Below are positions 9,401 to 22,649 of a stretch of 64,000 nucleotides of DNA, piece after piece. Every line of letters starts with the position of its first letter. The first letter of the stretch is position 1. The stretch spans positions 2,535,329 to 2,599,328 of the forward strand of contig NC_068996.1 of the NCBI RefSeq assembly GCF_001194135.2, in the 5' to 3' direction. Under the pieces are notes generated by a model that worked only from the letters and a program-made list of their open reading frames with translations, did not search any database and was not told where the DNA came from. Origin of the DNA: Octopus bimaculoides. Its lineage: Eukaryota. A program made the position numbers and the translations under genes.

Positions 9401-12400
9401 TAATAATTTTGAAGATGCATATCTTCATGGTATATATATCTGTGTTTATTGGTATGTTTTTTATGTATGCCCCTGAATATATGTCTTTTTTTTTCTTTGA
9501 ATGTTCATTCATTTTGCTAGCATGGGTTAAAGAAATATAGTTTTTAAAGACATGGTTTTACAGCCAGATACCTTTCTTGTTGGCAAGTCTTATTTCACAT
9601 GCTGTTGAAGGTGTGAAGCTGCAGGTTGTTTGATGACTGTAGAAATGGCATCAACACTGCCTGCATTGGGCAACTTTTGTAGAGCTCAAATGTAAACAAA
9701 CACACAGACACATGTATGTGCTCATGCTTACATGCACACACTTAATTAAAAATTGTTTTTTTTTGTTTTTGTTTTACTTTCCATCTGCCAAATTCATTTA
9801 CAGGATTTTGGTGAGCCCTAGGTTATGTAGAAGGCACCTGCCCAAGGTACCACACTGCAGAACTGAACCCATGTTGGGAATGAACTTCTTACATTCGTTA
9901 ATGCAATCTGAAGCATATCTTTGAAATAATGAACCTTGATTCCTGATACATAAGATGTAATTAATTGTCTTTATTGACAAGTCATTCTGTTTTAATCTGT
10001 CATTTCTTTTAGCATTACAAGTAAATATACAATAATATATATTAAATATAAATAAATAGAACTAACTTTACTGTTTTATTCTGCTTGCAATTTTGTGTTC
10101 CGTCCCTTTAAAATTTCACTTCTTGTCCCTTTTGTAATTTTACTCTTTTCTCTTCTCCCCTTCCTTTTTGCAAAACTCATTTTATTTCCTATCTAAGGAT
10201 CTTGTATTTCAGTCCCAAATGAACTATCCCAGCATGGTAACATTCACTTCAATGAAAGCAATATAGAGATATACTGCAAAACAAATTTTTTTTTCAACTT
10301 TTAGAACTTTCAGTCTACAGACAAATTATGAATTGAATTCCTTTTGGAATTTAACAATTAAAAAATTTTTTTTTTATTTGTTTTTTAAAGGTTAGCAATT
10401 TCAATGGTATCTTTGAATATTTTAGGGAGTGTGGAATTGTGCAAGTTCTTAAATGTTATTGAAATTTATAATTATTAATTTTGCATTTGGTGGTTAAATT
10501 TCAGCCAAGTAACTTTTTGTTTGAAACTTGCATATTTCTCTGGTCACTGAGAGCATTGAAATTAAATAAGTAAATTCAATTAAAAAATAATAAATCAAAG
10601 AAACAAAGTCAGTAAGTTGAGTGAAACAGTTGAGTTCTGCAGTAAATAAATGACAGTGTTTAGAATTCAGATGCTGCTAGAATTTTTAAAATTTTGCTTT
10701 TCTTTCTTTTTGTAATTTCCTCTTGTAACATTAAAATAAATACCATTGAAATAGAGGGATCAATTCAATACTTATACCCTTCTGTATATATATCTGGCTT
10801 TATGCTGATATAATAAATCATCATTTCAATGGAGTAACATTTTAGACTTGATTGCTTGTAAAGTCAATGTCATGGCTAAATCTTTTTTTGGAAGCTCATA
10901 AAGCTTGTCTTTCAAGTAGGCAATTCCTTTTTTAATTACAAAATTTTAGGATAGCATGACATGCTCTCCAACAAAAAATGAGGGATTGATCACAGTTACA
11001 AAACTTGTTAAGCGCTTCATTTAATTAACTACATCCACACAAGGCAAGTAAAAATTTTAGCAGACAGTGTAAGCAGTAAAGTCTGCAAGGAAACCTCTGT
11101 GTAATCTTTTGATCTGTTAGAAACCCTCAAAGCAGATTCAACTGTGTTGACCCTTTCACAGCATCTTACGTGAAAGCACCAATAACACAAGATTCTCATT
11201 TTAAAATGTTATTTAAATTAAAACCTTTCATAATTTTATGTAAGAAATTTTTTGTGAATTTATATTCCTAACACCAGTTTGTTAATGAAAAAGATAATTT
11301 ACTTTTTTAAATTCCTACAAATGCTAGATTATTTTAAAATGACATGAAACCCAAATAAGTTTATTTCATAAGAACTTTGGTCAAGAAAAAGAGTAAAATG
11401 TTAGAGGCCGTTTAATAATGTGGTCCTAGAATATGTTATGTTTAGAGTAAAAAGATGCAGTTCTTATAGCTAGGACAGCTGTGAGTGGAGCTTTTCTAGG
11501 TAAGTGCTGATTTGGGTAAAACAAACAGTCATAAAAAAATGGTAAAGGAGAATAAAGGGTCAGCAGAGCTGAGGAAGTTTTTAATGCTGAAAAGGCCAAA
11601 GTCAGATCTTGGTGAATGATGTTTTCCTCATTCACTGATTAAACTTATTATGATTAATTATTACTGAATGATGGAAGCTCTTACAGAAAGTGGACATAAT
11701 GCAGGAAGTAAGTTATTAAATGTAAAACAGAGATTCTCAAACTAGAATGTGCAAGAGTAATTGCAAGGTTGACAAAATTTGTAAAATATTGGATTTGTGA
11801 AGTCATTGTAATCAATTAAACACAACTCATTTGTCTATAAACTATATACAGTGTCTAGCTTGCTGCATTTATTGTTGGGAGCAAAGGTTTTCAGCAATAC
11901 TTATAAAAGAAAGCAAATATTCTGCACCTCTGTATACTTCTATTGAAAAGGATACAGAGGTGCATTTTTGAAACCATGTCAACAATTGAATTACTTGTTG
12001 AAAAAGTTTTGGAATTGATTTCTTTTATGGAATGATATCAGAATTTTTTTTTTTTTTTTGGTGTGTGTGTGTGTACTTGAATTAGTATTTTCTTTATTTT
12101 ATCAAATCTGAAGAACGAAAGGCAAAATTAACCACAAATAATACATGTCTGTTCTGTGGCACATGGCCATTTTACACGATACTCTTTAAGCTAGATATGC
12201 CAACCATGATGAAGAGATACACTAGAAGAAAAAAATCTGAGAGCTCCTAGTCTCCTGAAACAGATTTTAATAGTAGAGCTAGTATTAAATTTAAGTTATC
12301 ATAGATAAAATAAACTTTTGGATTATTTTACAGTTTCAGAATACATACTCTTTATTTTCATTGAGGTAATATCATTATCAAATAATAAGTTTTCTCAGAG

Positions 12401-14949
12401 TAAATTTTTTTGATTTTCAGTGAATTGCAAGAAGTTAATTTGAGTAAAATTTCTTAGGAATAACTTTCAGATTTATGTTGAGGGTTTAGAGAAGTGTATG
12501 CTTTGCTTATTCAGTAAAGAATTTGAGCTTTATGGTAGAGTCTATCAAAATGCATTTTGGAAAACATGATTTTTGTAGTTTTGTTTTTAATATCAAAATG
12601 CTTATAAAAGCCTTCAAGAATAAATGCTTGTCAAAGCTTCTACAGTCAGGGAGCCTTGAAGTCACGGAGGGTCAAGAATTGAATGAAGAGGTCTGAAGGT
12701 ATGTGTGAGAAAGCCTAACGCATAAGTCTGCTGTATCAGTTTTCAGATTGGGAAGTTACTAATATAGGCTAACGGGTCAAAAATTAGCTTACAGTTATAA
12801 AGTTAGCTATAAACAGAAATACATAAAACACTGTAAATAAAACACACTATTTTTTTTATTATTTGCAGAAATTTTCATTAAGGAAGTGACCATGTTTAGA
12901 ATGTAGAAAAGGAGGGTGTGCTGTTATACATCATGTGTTCAGCACTTTACAAATTCACAGAAAATAGTAATAGGCATTTACTGTATATTGAAGATGATAG
13001 ATGTATTCAACAAGGACTGTTGTACTTACCTGAACATGTTATTTAAATGGATGATGTGACAAAGGACATAGTTATGCTAGTTGGGGTAGAATTAGGCCAA
13101 AGAATAACAGCTGTATATTAAGCTTTAAATTGTTATAAATATGTTATGATTGTTGTTGCTTGGCCCCAGGTGAGTTCTGAATGAGCATTCCAGCTGTGAC
13201 CATTTCATATTTATTTCAGGCAGTGTTTCTAGGACTAGATTACCGAATATCTTGTTCTGTTTTTCTTTTTTTTTTTTTGTATGTGTGTATTATATTTGAG
13301 GGAGCTTTGGCTTTTATTTCCAGGAAGTCAAATGACCATGCAGACAGTAGTTTGCATTACAGGGTACAGAGACAACTTCCAGCTGGTTGTGAGATGAAAT
13401 AATAGAAAAGGAAAATTCTATGTTCAGACCTGATGAAAAACTATGCCTTACTTTGTTAAAAATTTATTTCCCTTATGCTACAGAAAAATCTCCATTTCAG
13501 CTTCTAAGCAAACTGACTTCACTAAAGCAGGTCACCAATAGTCTCTATTCTAATTCCATTAGTTATATATTAAAAAATCGGGCCTTATAGATGAATTAGT
13601 GCATGAAAGAAATTGTCATAGCAAGATATTGTTTTGAATATATATGTACAATCACAGCATTGTGTATAAATTAATATATATTAAACATGTCAATGATAAT
13701 GATTATGAAGATAAGGTAAAAGTTAACGATGATGATGATAACCTTTGGTTTAGTAGCTGTTGTTCAGCACTGAGCCAACACTGACCAAACAACTTTCTTG
13801 CTATTATTGGTGTTAGTGATTATTTTAATGAGACACAGTCCTAATCTTTATAGGTGAATAGTATAGTACCTGGTAATGACTCCAGTAGATTACTGGTATT
13901 TATTTCATTAACTCACACAAATCCTTCCCAGCTTGACAAGTAAACGATACAAATAGGTATGACAGGATACTAAAAATTAAAGAAAAAAGGATCAAAACTG
14001 TTATGAGTTTCAGTTCAGTGATCAATGATCTTCCTGTTCACTTGCTACACTATGCAATTTTGTAGGTAATAAGCTTAATCCATTGACTGGTTTAACATAA
14101 TTATCATTATTACTTTGGATATCTTTAACTGAGTCTACACGGTTACAAACATTTAATCCAGGTTTGAGGATGAATATGTCCAGCAGTCATGGAGACCTTA
14201 TCCTTCCTCTGACCTAGGCATAAGAAAAATGAAATGTAACATTTGATAATAATCAGTAAATGACATCTATCAAGCAGGTTACACATTCCTTCGATAATTA
14301 TTAATTCACAACTTTGTTTATTCACTTTAATTATTTTCTTTATTCTAATTTTAAATGGTATCTATTTGTTACATAATGGTACAGTGGTAACAAGTATGTC
14401 TTTAATAGGTAAACCTCTGTTCTTTTTTACTAATTTTGTAACATCATCTCTTCACTGCAACTTAGAGAGCAAATTGCACATCATTTTCAACCCTTCTAAT
14501 TGGTTGCGATTTTGATGTAATCTCTTCCCTACTTGGGCCTCTTTAATTGTTTTGCATTTCATCTCTGCCTCTTTATAACATCAATATTATGCAAATACCT
14601 GTAATGAATATATGTTTATTCTTTTATTGCATAATGTTTGTTCATTTAGTCTTTTACTGGCTTCATTTTTGTCACTGTGACCATGTAGCAGCACCATTAC
14701 AAGGGTTTTTAGTTGATCATAGTACTCATTCCAATCTGCTACTTATTTTGACCGTTTCTGATAGGGATCACTATAGAATGCCATACAATGGAGACAAGCA
14801 CAGTTTGAACATGCAAAAAACACACTTTTCGCTTCATCATTTTTATGTGAAAATAATATCTCCTGAGGAAAATTATATATCATTTGAAAGTTCTGGATGT
14901 GAACTTTCTTCTCATGCGTTAGGAAGGGCATCCAGCTGTAGAAACTCTG

Positions 14950-15767
14950 CCAATTGGAAATATGCTGTGCGTGAGAAGACCCGGCAAGCCAAATGAGACC
15001 TAAAACTAAGGCCTCAGCCAGTCCACTTATGCGTACCTTCCTTCCTTCATTGGACACTAAACTCCACTTGCAAAGACCTGTTGAGGCAAGTGAAATCGAA
15101 ATTGAGTTAAATTGGACACTAAACTCCACTTGCGAAGACCTGTTGAGGCAAGTGAAATCTAAATTGAGTTAAATTGGACACTGAACTTCCACTTGCGAAG
15201 ACCTGTTGAGGCAAGTGAAATCGAACTCCTTCATTGGACATGAAGCTCAGCTTGTGAAGATTTATTGGGGCAAGCGAAAGCGAAATCGGGATAGCAGCTG
15301 TGCCCAGCGTTGCCTTTCTGGCACTTGTGCCCGTAACATGTGTAAGGATTTTCGAGCGAGATCGTTGCCAGTGCCCCTGGACTGGCTCTTGTGTGGGTGG
15401 CACATAAAATACACCATTTTGAGCGTGGCCGCTGCCAGTTCCATCCGACTGGCTTTCGTAGGATTTTCGAGCGAGATCGTTTCCAGTGCCCCTGGACTGG
15501 CTCTTGTGCGGGTGGCACATAAAATACACCATATTGAGCGTGGTCGTTGCCAGTACCGCCTGACTGGCCTTCGTGCGGATGACACGTAAAAGCACCCACT
15601 ACACTCTCTGAGTGGTTGGCGTTAGGAAGGGCATCCAGCTGTAGAAACTCTGCCAAATCAGATTGGAGTCTGGTGTTGCCATCCGGTTTCACCAGTCCTC
15701 AGTCAAATCGTCCAACCCATGCTAGCATGGAAAGCGGACGTTAAACGATGATGATGATGATGATGAT
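14950..15767 (+). mobile_element. RTE LINE 3' end with tandem-repeat-containing 3' UTR and (GAT)n tail
   Basis: Starts with WKYAVREKTR (matches the RTE C-terminus at 38850-38880, minus strand). Then 62-bp repeats from 15049, a 115-bp duplication (15345/15460), and a terminal aaacgatgatgatg. Confidence 0.8.
15049..15285 (+). repeat. 62-bp tandem repeat, about 3.8 copies
   Basis: attggacact starts at 15049, 15111 and 15173; a diverged copy starts at 15233. Confidence 0.9.
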
Positions 15768-16169
15768 CCAACTGTTACATATCATGTCAGGGTCCCTCAA
15801 ATACCCTGGCATTTCCTGTTTTTTCTTCTTCTTTTCGACTATTGAATGGCAGCCTTCATTTTAATTCAATGTGCTCGAGTGCCATAACTAGAGTTATGTT
15901 AAAAATAATACTGTTATGAAGAGGAAGGTTTTCACTTTAATTTGATATAAAAAAAAGATTTCATCCATTTCACTGACCATTCAAATTCTCATATTTCCTA
16001 AAACTTCACCCAAATTTCACCAGTGAAGTACCACAATGTTTCTTTTTGTATGCTCTCCAAGAAAATGCACAGTAGAAATTATATTTAAATATTTTCAAAG
16101 ATTCCTTGTGATACCTACTTTTATATATTGCACCATTAAGCTACCTTTGAAAGCAAGTTAATTGGTGTT

Positions 16170-16480
16170 CAGTTTCCATGAACATCCACTACTTTCAGCA
16201 GGTGTAGACACTCATGGCAGGTCTTTCAGATCACTCACTGTCTTGCAGGATGTTCTGCTTTTGAAGTGTCCATGCTACTTGAAACATTGCATACAGCCCA
16301 TTGACAAGTGAGATGCATGTGGGAGTTGCCATCATGAAAGCTAGTTCTGAATGAGGTCTTTTGCTACCACTCAATAAGAGGCGCGAGGGAGACATTCTGA
16401 CAGCCAAGATTGAGGGGAACTACTTGATGACGTTAAAGAAGCAGCTCTGGAACAACCTGATGAATCCTTCTGAGCTAAGA
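16170..16480 (+). mobile_element. Possible Tc1/mariner N-terminal relic
   Basis: Mosaic reading FATT..NKRRE-GRHSDSQ..ELLDDVKEAALEQPDES resembles the HTH-GRP region of Tc1-like transposases; many stops. Confidence 0.35.
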
Positions 16481-17199
16481 TGATTTAGTTCTTTTCTATA
16501 TTAATTATGCTGCTTATTGTTATTACTTAAGTTTGACAGGAATCTGAGCTAAAATTTGACTACTTGTGTGGGCATTGGGTAAATTTCAAAGAAGCTCTTA
16601 TATTCTGCCTTATTTTTCCCTGATCAGATAGAGTGAACTATACACTGAATTTTCATGTAGCATGTCTCCTTTAAATGGTTGATCAATTAGACTATGTTGG
16701 CATCTCAAGCTTATCGCTAATTGGCTTCATAGTCAGTTGTGTGATTTGGTATCCATGTTGATGATAATGATTAAAACATATTAGATGTTTTCTAAGCTTG
16801 GTCCCTATTTAACAACTCTTGTTTCTACTTTTGATTGACAAGGAAATTTGGCTTGTGTTCTGTAATAATGATTATAGAATTTTGATGTTATTTCAGGCCA
16901 CATTTTGGTGCTTAATGAGGAATTTAAACGCAACTCGACTGTCGCAGTTTTTTCTTTTTCATCTTTTTGTATTTTCTGTGCTGTCTTTCCTCTCATATTT
17001 ACATCATGATGCTACTCATCATTTTACATCACATTTTTAAAAATTGAACCTAGCAGCGAATCTTGTTTGTGAAAATGCTAGACTATTGACCATGATATGT
17101 TAAGAAAAGTTGGCCAGTAGTAAAAAAAAGAAAAAGGAAAAAGAAACAATTAGCTATTGTTCTAGTAAACAAAAATTATTGTATTTATGCTCATATAAG

Positions 17200-17355
17200 C
17201 ACAGGTGTGGCTATGTGGTAAGAAGCTTGATTTCAACCACATGGTTCTGGGTTCATTCCCACTGCATGGTACCTTGAGCAAATGTCTTCTACAGTAGCCT
17301 TGGGTCAAACATTGCCTTGCAGGTAGATATGGTGGATGGAAACTGAAAGAAGCTA
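17200..17355 (+). mobile_element. tRNA-derived CORE-like SINE, 5' part
   Basis: ggtgtggctatgtggtaagaag...ggttcattcccactgcatggtaccttgagcaaatgtcttctac; matches 29715-29870. Confidence 0.8.
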
Positions 17356-17469
17356 TGTTAGCATAGGAACCTTTTTTTTTAAGTTGTTAGTTTCAAGGTG
17401 TTATTATAATTTTATATATTATATTATAATTCTCTGAATTATATTTAAAAAAAAAAGTATAATTATCAA

Positions 17470-17700
17470 ATAATATTGGTTTCAAATTTTGGCACAAGGC
17501 CAGTAATATTGGGGGAGGGGGTAAGTCAATAACATCAACGCCAGTACCCAACTGCTACTTATTTTATCGACTCCACCACCCCAAAAAGATGAAAGGCAAA
17601 GTTGATTTCAGCAAAATTTGAACTCAGACCATAAAGACAGATGAAATACCACTCAGCATTTTGTTTTCTCATGCTAACCACTCTGCCAGCTTACCATCTT
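17470..17700 (-). mobile_element. SINE (ATT-tailed family)
   Basis: ggtttcaaattttggcacaaggccag...gatgaaaggcaaagttgatttcagcaaaatttgaactcaga. Confidence 0.75.
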
Positions 17701-18745
17701 ACATTATTACATAATATTGATATCTAATCTGAAGTGATAAAGAGAACTAACTGCCAAAAATTGAATCATTTATCAAAAAATATTACATTTCTTTGACACT
17801 AATCTTCTGCTTTTGAATGATGCATTGTTCACTGTTACCATTATTAAATTCTTCGAATGAAATACATTTTGTCATCACTCACATTGATTAATATCCCCGT
17901 TTTATGTGTCATGTTTCTTTCCTTTTTCATAGTTATTTATTTATATTTGTCTTACCCATTCCTTTCTCCACTGTCACATCAAATCTGTTCTGTTTACTTT
18001 GTTTTAAAGGGTTTAAAAACCAATTTCTCTCAAGTTGGAGGTACAGATGTTTGTGAAATCTTAATTAAGAAAATATTATATTAATCTACAAATAATAAAG
18101 TTAAATAATCTGTAAAGCAATGATTAGTATTAAAAGAAACCTCAAAATATTCCTATGAAGTCTAACTGTAATTAAACAATGTTTCGGCATAACATTAGGT
18201 GTGGTATTAATTAATGGATTTATTGCAGACAGTATGCAGTCAAAGTCATTTTCTTGTTATCTTTTGCTGTGATAAAAAAAACCTATTCATAAACATTATT
18301 TATTGTTTGTTAGTGTATATTAGTAAAAAAAAAAAAAACAAAAGACGGTCTCTTCACATTTTGCATGTCAAATATTAAGTTAGACTAGTTTACCGTTGGT
18401 ATTTTCTTTAGAGTACAACTGTGACATATTTTTAGAAATAATATTTTTGAAAATCTCACAAACTTCACACCAATGCATGCACACACACACACACACATCA
18501 GTATGTACATATTGAAAACTGTACACTGTAGGAGACTTCGTGACTGGTGCCAAAGTTTAGTCCATGATGTAAGAATGTTTTTACAGCACAACAAACTTCA
18601 CTTCACAGATTAGCTCTATGTTTATTAAGTGGGGGAATAATACCACCACTGTTTTTTTCTCACATTTTTTTCCCTCTTTCTTCAGAAACAAATTCTCTAC
18701 GTATCTGTTAGTTTATTCCTGGCTTGCTCTCTCAGCAAATATAGC

Positions 18746-18800
<55 letters not shown>

Positions 18801-19219
18801 AAAAAAATGTGTTTGTCTTCAATGGAAATAGTTTTTGACATTCTTTTTTATAAGATTTGCTTCTTATTTCATTGATCTGAGAGGTGAAAGTTAAAATATC
18901 AGTTCTGATTGAAAATACAACTCAACTTTGAGAATGCTGAAAATAAATGGTCTAATGCGTGTACAGTTTAAAAATGTTCTTGTTCAGATGAAGTATGCAT
19001 ATATTATACAAGGTTTATTGAAATGCCATCTGTATCAAAACCAATCATTCTCTGGTTAGGCAAGCATCAGTTATTCCAGTCTCTTCTCTGTATTTACTCT
19101 GTGTGTGTGTGTGTGTGTGTGTGAAACTATTAGCCTGTGATTCATTTTTGTAACTTTCTGTAATTAAAGATAATAAAAAATATATGTACTCTTGTTTGTC
19201 CCAATATATATATGTAATC

Positions 19220-19375
19220 ATCATCATTGTTTAATGTCCTCCTTCCATACTGGCATGGGTTGGACAGTTTGATAAGAGCTGGCCAGGCAGGAGCCTATGC
19301 CATGCTTCTGTGTCTGTTTTGGCATGGTTTTTATGGCTGGATGCTCTTCCTGACACCAACCACTGTGTGCATGTA
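19220..19375 (-). mobile_element. (GAT)n-tailed repeat (RTE 3' end family)
   Basis: catcatcattgtttaatgtcctccttccatactggcatgggttggac...ggctggatgctcttcctgacaccaaccac. Confidence 0.75.
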
Positions 19376-20364
19376 TAGTGCAATAGCCGCAATAAGAGGT
19401 ATAGTAGTATTAATAATTTTCCTTTCTATTACCATTATTATTATCATTACTGTTATTACTTTCCTACTCTTTATACACTCACTTTTCCATGATACTTCTA
19501 TCATCAGAGTGATGAAATGTATCTTTGCTCACTCACTTTGACTAGTCTAAAGAAGTGGTTACATGTCATAGAAAATGTAGAGTAGCGTTTCAGTCTACCA
19601 GCCAGCCTAATCATAGCCACACACACACACACACACACTTTCGATCCATCTCTCTATCCAGCTTAAAACATTGGCTCAAGGATGCATTACTTAAGTTTCA
19701 CAACTGCACCAAACAATCTTGATTGTTTTGTTTGTTTTTTTAAATAGCAAATACTCAAATATAACTGGCAATGGAAATATTCGGCCTTTTGTTACATAAC
19801 AAGTTCTCTTATTTTGTTTACGTACCTAACTATTGTGTCTGTGATCCTTTTATGCCTGTTTTCCAATGCTGTAATAGGTAGTTACTGCTCAAGATAATTC
19901 TTATTGAGAGTCTCTGCCTTCTTAGATGGCTCCCATGTTGTCACATCTTGCTAGCGTGTTTCATGTTGTATTTGTTTTTATGACTGCATGTTCTTTCATT
20001 TACCAATAATTTTACAGAGTGTACTTGGTGCCTTTTGTCATAGTACCCTGTCATAGTAATTGTCACATCCATCACACATTACAACTAAACATTCTTTTCA
20101 ACACTACACTTTTTCCACTTCTTTAGCCAACTGTTTTACTCAGTGTAGTATGTGTGTGGCATCATAATTCTCCGCTTATTTTTCAATGCTTTCACGTGTC
20201 TTTCCATCTCACCCCATCACTCTCACACACTCACACATACATGCTATTGTGATTAAGTGGAAAAATCTGGAATATCAAACAAAATAATGTTGATAACAAT
20301 GAATATGTATGCATATAACAAATATATACTATATGTTTATATTCTTTGTTTCCTTTTCTTTCAG

Positions 20365-20475
20365 CTCGAATTGGTCATACAAAACTGAGAAAGCAAGATG
20401 TTGATGAAATGCTTAAAAAGACACCAAATAAGTCAAGAATGTCTCAGCATTTGTTCCGGTCCCTCCATAGCCAGG
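20365..20475 (+). CDS. Isolated 111-bp internal coding exon of an unidentified gene (phase 1-1)
   Basis: Strong acceptor ttctttgtttccttttctttcAG and donor CAGG|GTGAGT. Length is 37 codons with an open frame, (A)RIGHTKLRKQDVDEMLKKTPNKSRMSQHLFRSLHSQ(G). Not similar to any repeat seen in the window. Confidence 0.6.
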
Positions 20476-20687
20476 GTGAGTATTTAAAGAGTTTCTTGAT
20501 TTGTGTATACTGTATATTATGTATGCATTCATTTGAAGGAAATCATTTACACTTTTTGTGTATGTTTGTTTTGGAGATGAAGATGAACATGGCAAACAAA
20601 TGAGAAACCCTAACAGGTGATGGAGTAGATCTTTAGCTCTGCTGGCCTCAAATCTGTTGCATGTATTATGTAACTTTTCTCTTGTTT

Positions 20688-20717
<30 letters not shown>

Positions 20718-20718
<1 letters not shown>

Positions 20719-21535
20719 ACACGGCTTCCATGTGGATGTGATGTATTTCAACTCTGACAAAGTTGATCATGGGGTGATATATCATAAATTATGTGACCTT
20801 GGTATCACTGGAAAACTGGGAGAGTGGCTGCATGGCTTTGTGAATGACACAAGTCAGACAGCTGTAGGCACTGGTGCGCCCTCTGGGGAGACATCAGTTC
20901 GCAGTGTAGTACAGGAACCGTTACTGTTTGTGGTGGCTCTCTCAGACATGCACTCAATTATACAGTGAGCCACTCTCATCAACTATGCAAATGATAGAAA
21001 AGTATCACATGTGGCTGAGTGCCCTCATCACACCTGGTCACATACTAAAACTGCAAAGCAACACGAATGAAATACACAAATGGGCTGATGCAAATAACAT
21101 TCAGTTCAATGCTGAGAAGTTTCAAGCACTCCACTACCAGTTCACAAACAAACTACAATTGGAATACACAGGACCAGTGGGTAGTATAATCCCATAGTGA
21201 GTCAGTGTGACATGGTAATCTGTGTGGGTAATGACGCAACATTGCACGTGTATTACCAAGATGGCAACACTGTACAGTCGGGTAGCTGGATGGATTCTAA
21301 GACCATTCTGAACCAGAAGAAAGGATATCATGCTATTCCTATGGAGAACTTTCATTCTCAATCATTTGGATTACTGCTCCTAACTGTGGTCACTGCAGAG
21401 CTTCCAACTGGTGGTGGAACTTGAAGCAACATAAAGAAAATTGACTGTGTGACCCAGTTGAGTTACTAGGGGAGGCTAAAGAAACCAAAGCTCTCTACTC
21501 ATTTAAGAAAATGTGTGAAAGATATGCAGTGATAT
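20718..21535 (+). mobile_element. Decayed CR1-clade LINE RT fragment
   Basis: DVMYFNSDKVDHGVIYHKLCDLGITGKLGEWLHGFV...PLLFVVALSDM...NYAND...WADANNIQFNAEKFQAL; begins right after a (CA)n run. Confidence 0.85.
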
Positions 21536-21539
21536 AGAT

Positions 21540-21742
21540 ATTGTGGATGTGAGGTAAGAAACTTGCTTCCCAATCACATGATTTCAGGTTCAATTCCATT
21601 GTGTGCCTCCTTGGTCAAGTATCTTCTACTATAGCCTTGTGAGTGGATTCAAAAACTGAAAGAAGCCTGTCATAGATGTGTGTGTGTCTGTCCTCCACCA
21701 CTGCTTGACAACAGGTGTTGGTGTGTTTGCATCCCCATAACT
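21540..21742 (+). mobile_element. CORE-like SINE, decayed
   Basis: gtggatgtgaggtaagaaacttgcttcccaatcacatg...ccttggtcaagtatcttctactatagcc...aactgaaagaagcc. Confidence 0.7.
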
Positions 21743-21774
21743 CTCCTTCTCTCACCCTCTTGCTCCGAAAACAA

Positions 21775-21959
21775 CAGTGGATGCGCTGAAAAGTTCCTGG
21801 CTTTGAATAAACGAAAATACAGGAGGATCAGTTAATTAATGTGAGAGGGGAATATTCCCCTTTCAGATTCATACAGTTTTTGTAAGCCCTGTAAAAGATC
21901 TTGTAAGGTTGGTCCTCCAACAAAGCCCTTAAAACCAGGAACTTTTCAGCAACCCCTTG
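21775..21959. mobile_element. Mariner-type MITE
   Basis: gctgaaaagttcctgg ... ccaggaacttttcagcaaccccttg|TA; same TIR core as 2207-2429. Confidence 0.7.
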
Positions 21960-22649
21960 TATAACAGATATATAATATATATTGTGTACAGTTTCCATGC
22001 GTATAAAAGTCTGCTCATAAATCATAAGTCCATCTGTTGTTATAGCATGAAGTATATTGTAGGTATTGTACAGCAGGACCAAACATGGAATACATGGTTG
22101 TAAAGCAGGCTTCTTGATCACATAGGGGTGATGATGGTGATGGCCGAATTCAATTGTTAGAAAGAGAAATATATGTGAGAACATATACGGTTTATGAAGC
22201 TTTGTTTTCAGAAAAGTATATCATTAGACTAAGTTGCATGGTGTTATATATATATAACATATTAGCACTGCCTCTATTTCATATTCAAATTTATTCTCAT
22301 GTATGTATTCTCCAGGCATACCAGCAGATAGTTTTCACACTCTGTGCATTTGTTGTGGACTGGCTGTATTATTCATCTCTGATTTGATTTGGGTATACAA
22401 TGTTAATAAGCCACAAACATGGCAAAACATAGATATTCATCATACCTGAATGGGATCTGGGGTGAGGTGTCTTGCCTGTGCATGGTTCTCTGGTATTTTA
22501 ACACTCAGTGTTTTGAGAGAGTATTCTACATCATGTCAAATATCTTTTTCTTTTTAATAGAGATTGTGATTTGGTAATTTGGCTGCTATTATTAGCAGTT
22601 TGAGTTATTGTGTAGAATTTCCCTTGTTTGCCCCTTTTGAATAAATGAT

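Noticed and set aside
13030-13112. Strong minus-strand donor CAG|GTAAGT with an upstream acceptor
   Set aside because: All three frames contain stops.
14162-14235. Peptide FEDEYVQQSWRPYPSSDLGIRKMK after an AG
   Set aside because: Weak pyrimidine tract and donor; too little support to list as an exon.
15049-15590. Regularly spaced repeats resembling a CRISPR array
   Set aside because: Whole units repeat with no unique spacers; they lie in a eukaryotic LINE UTR, with no cas genes.
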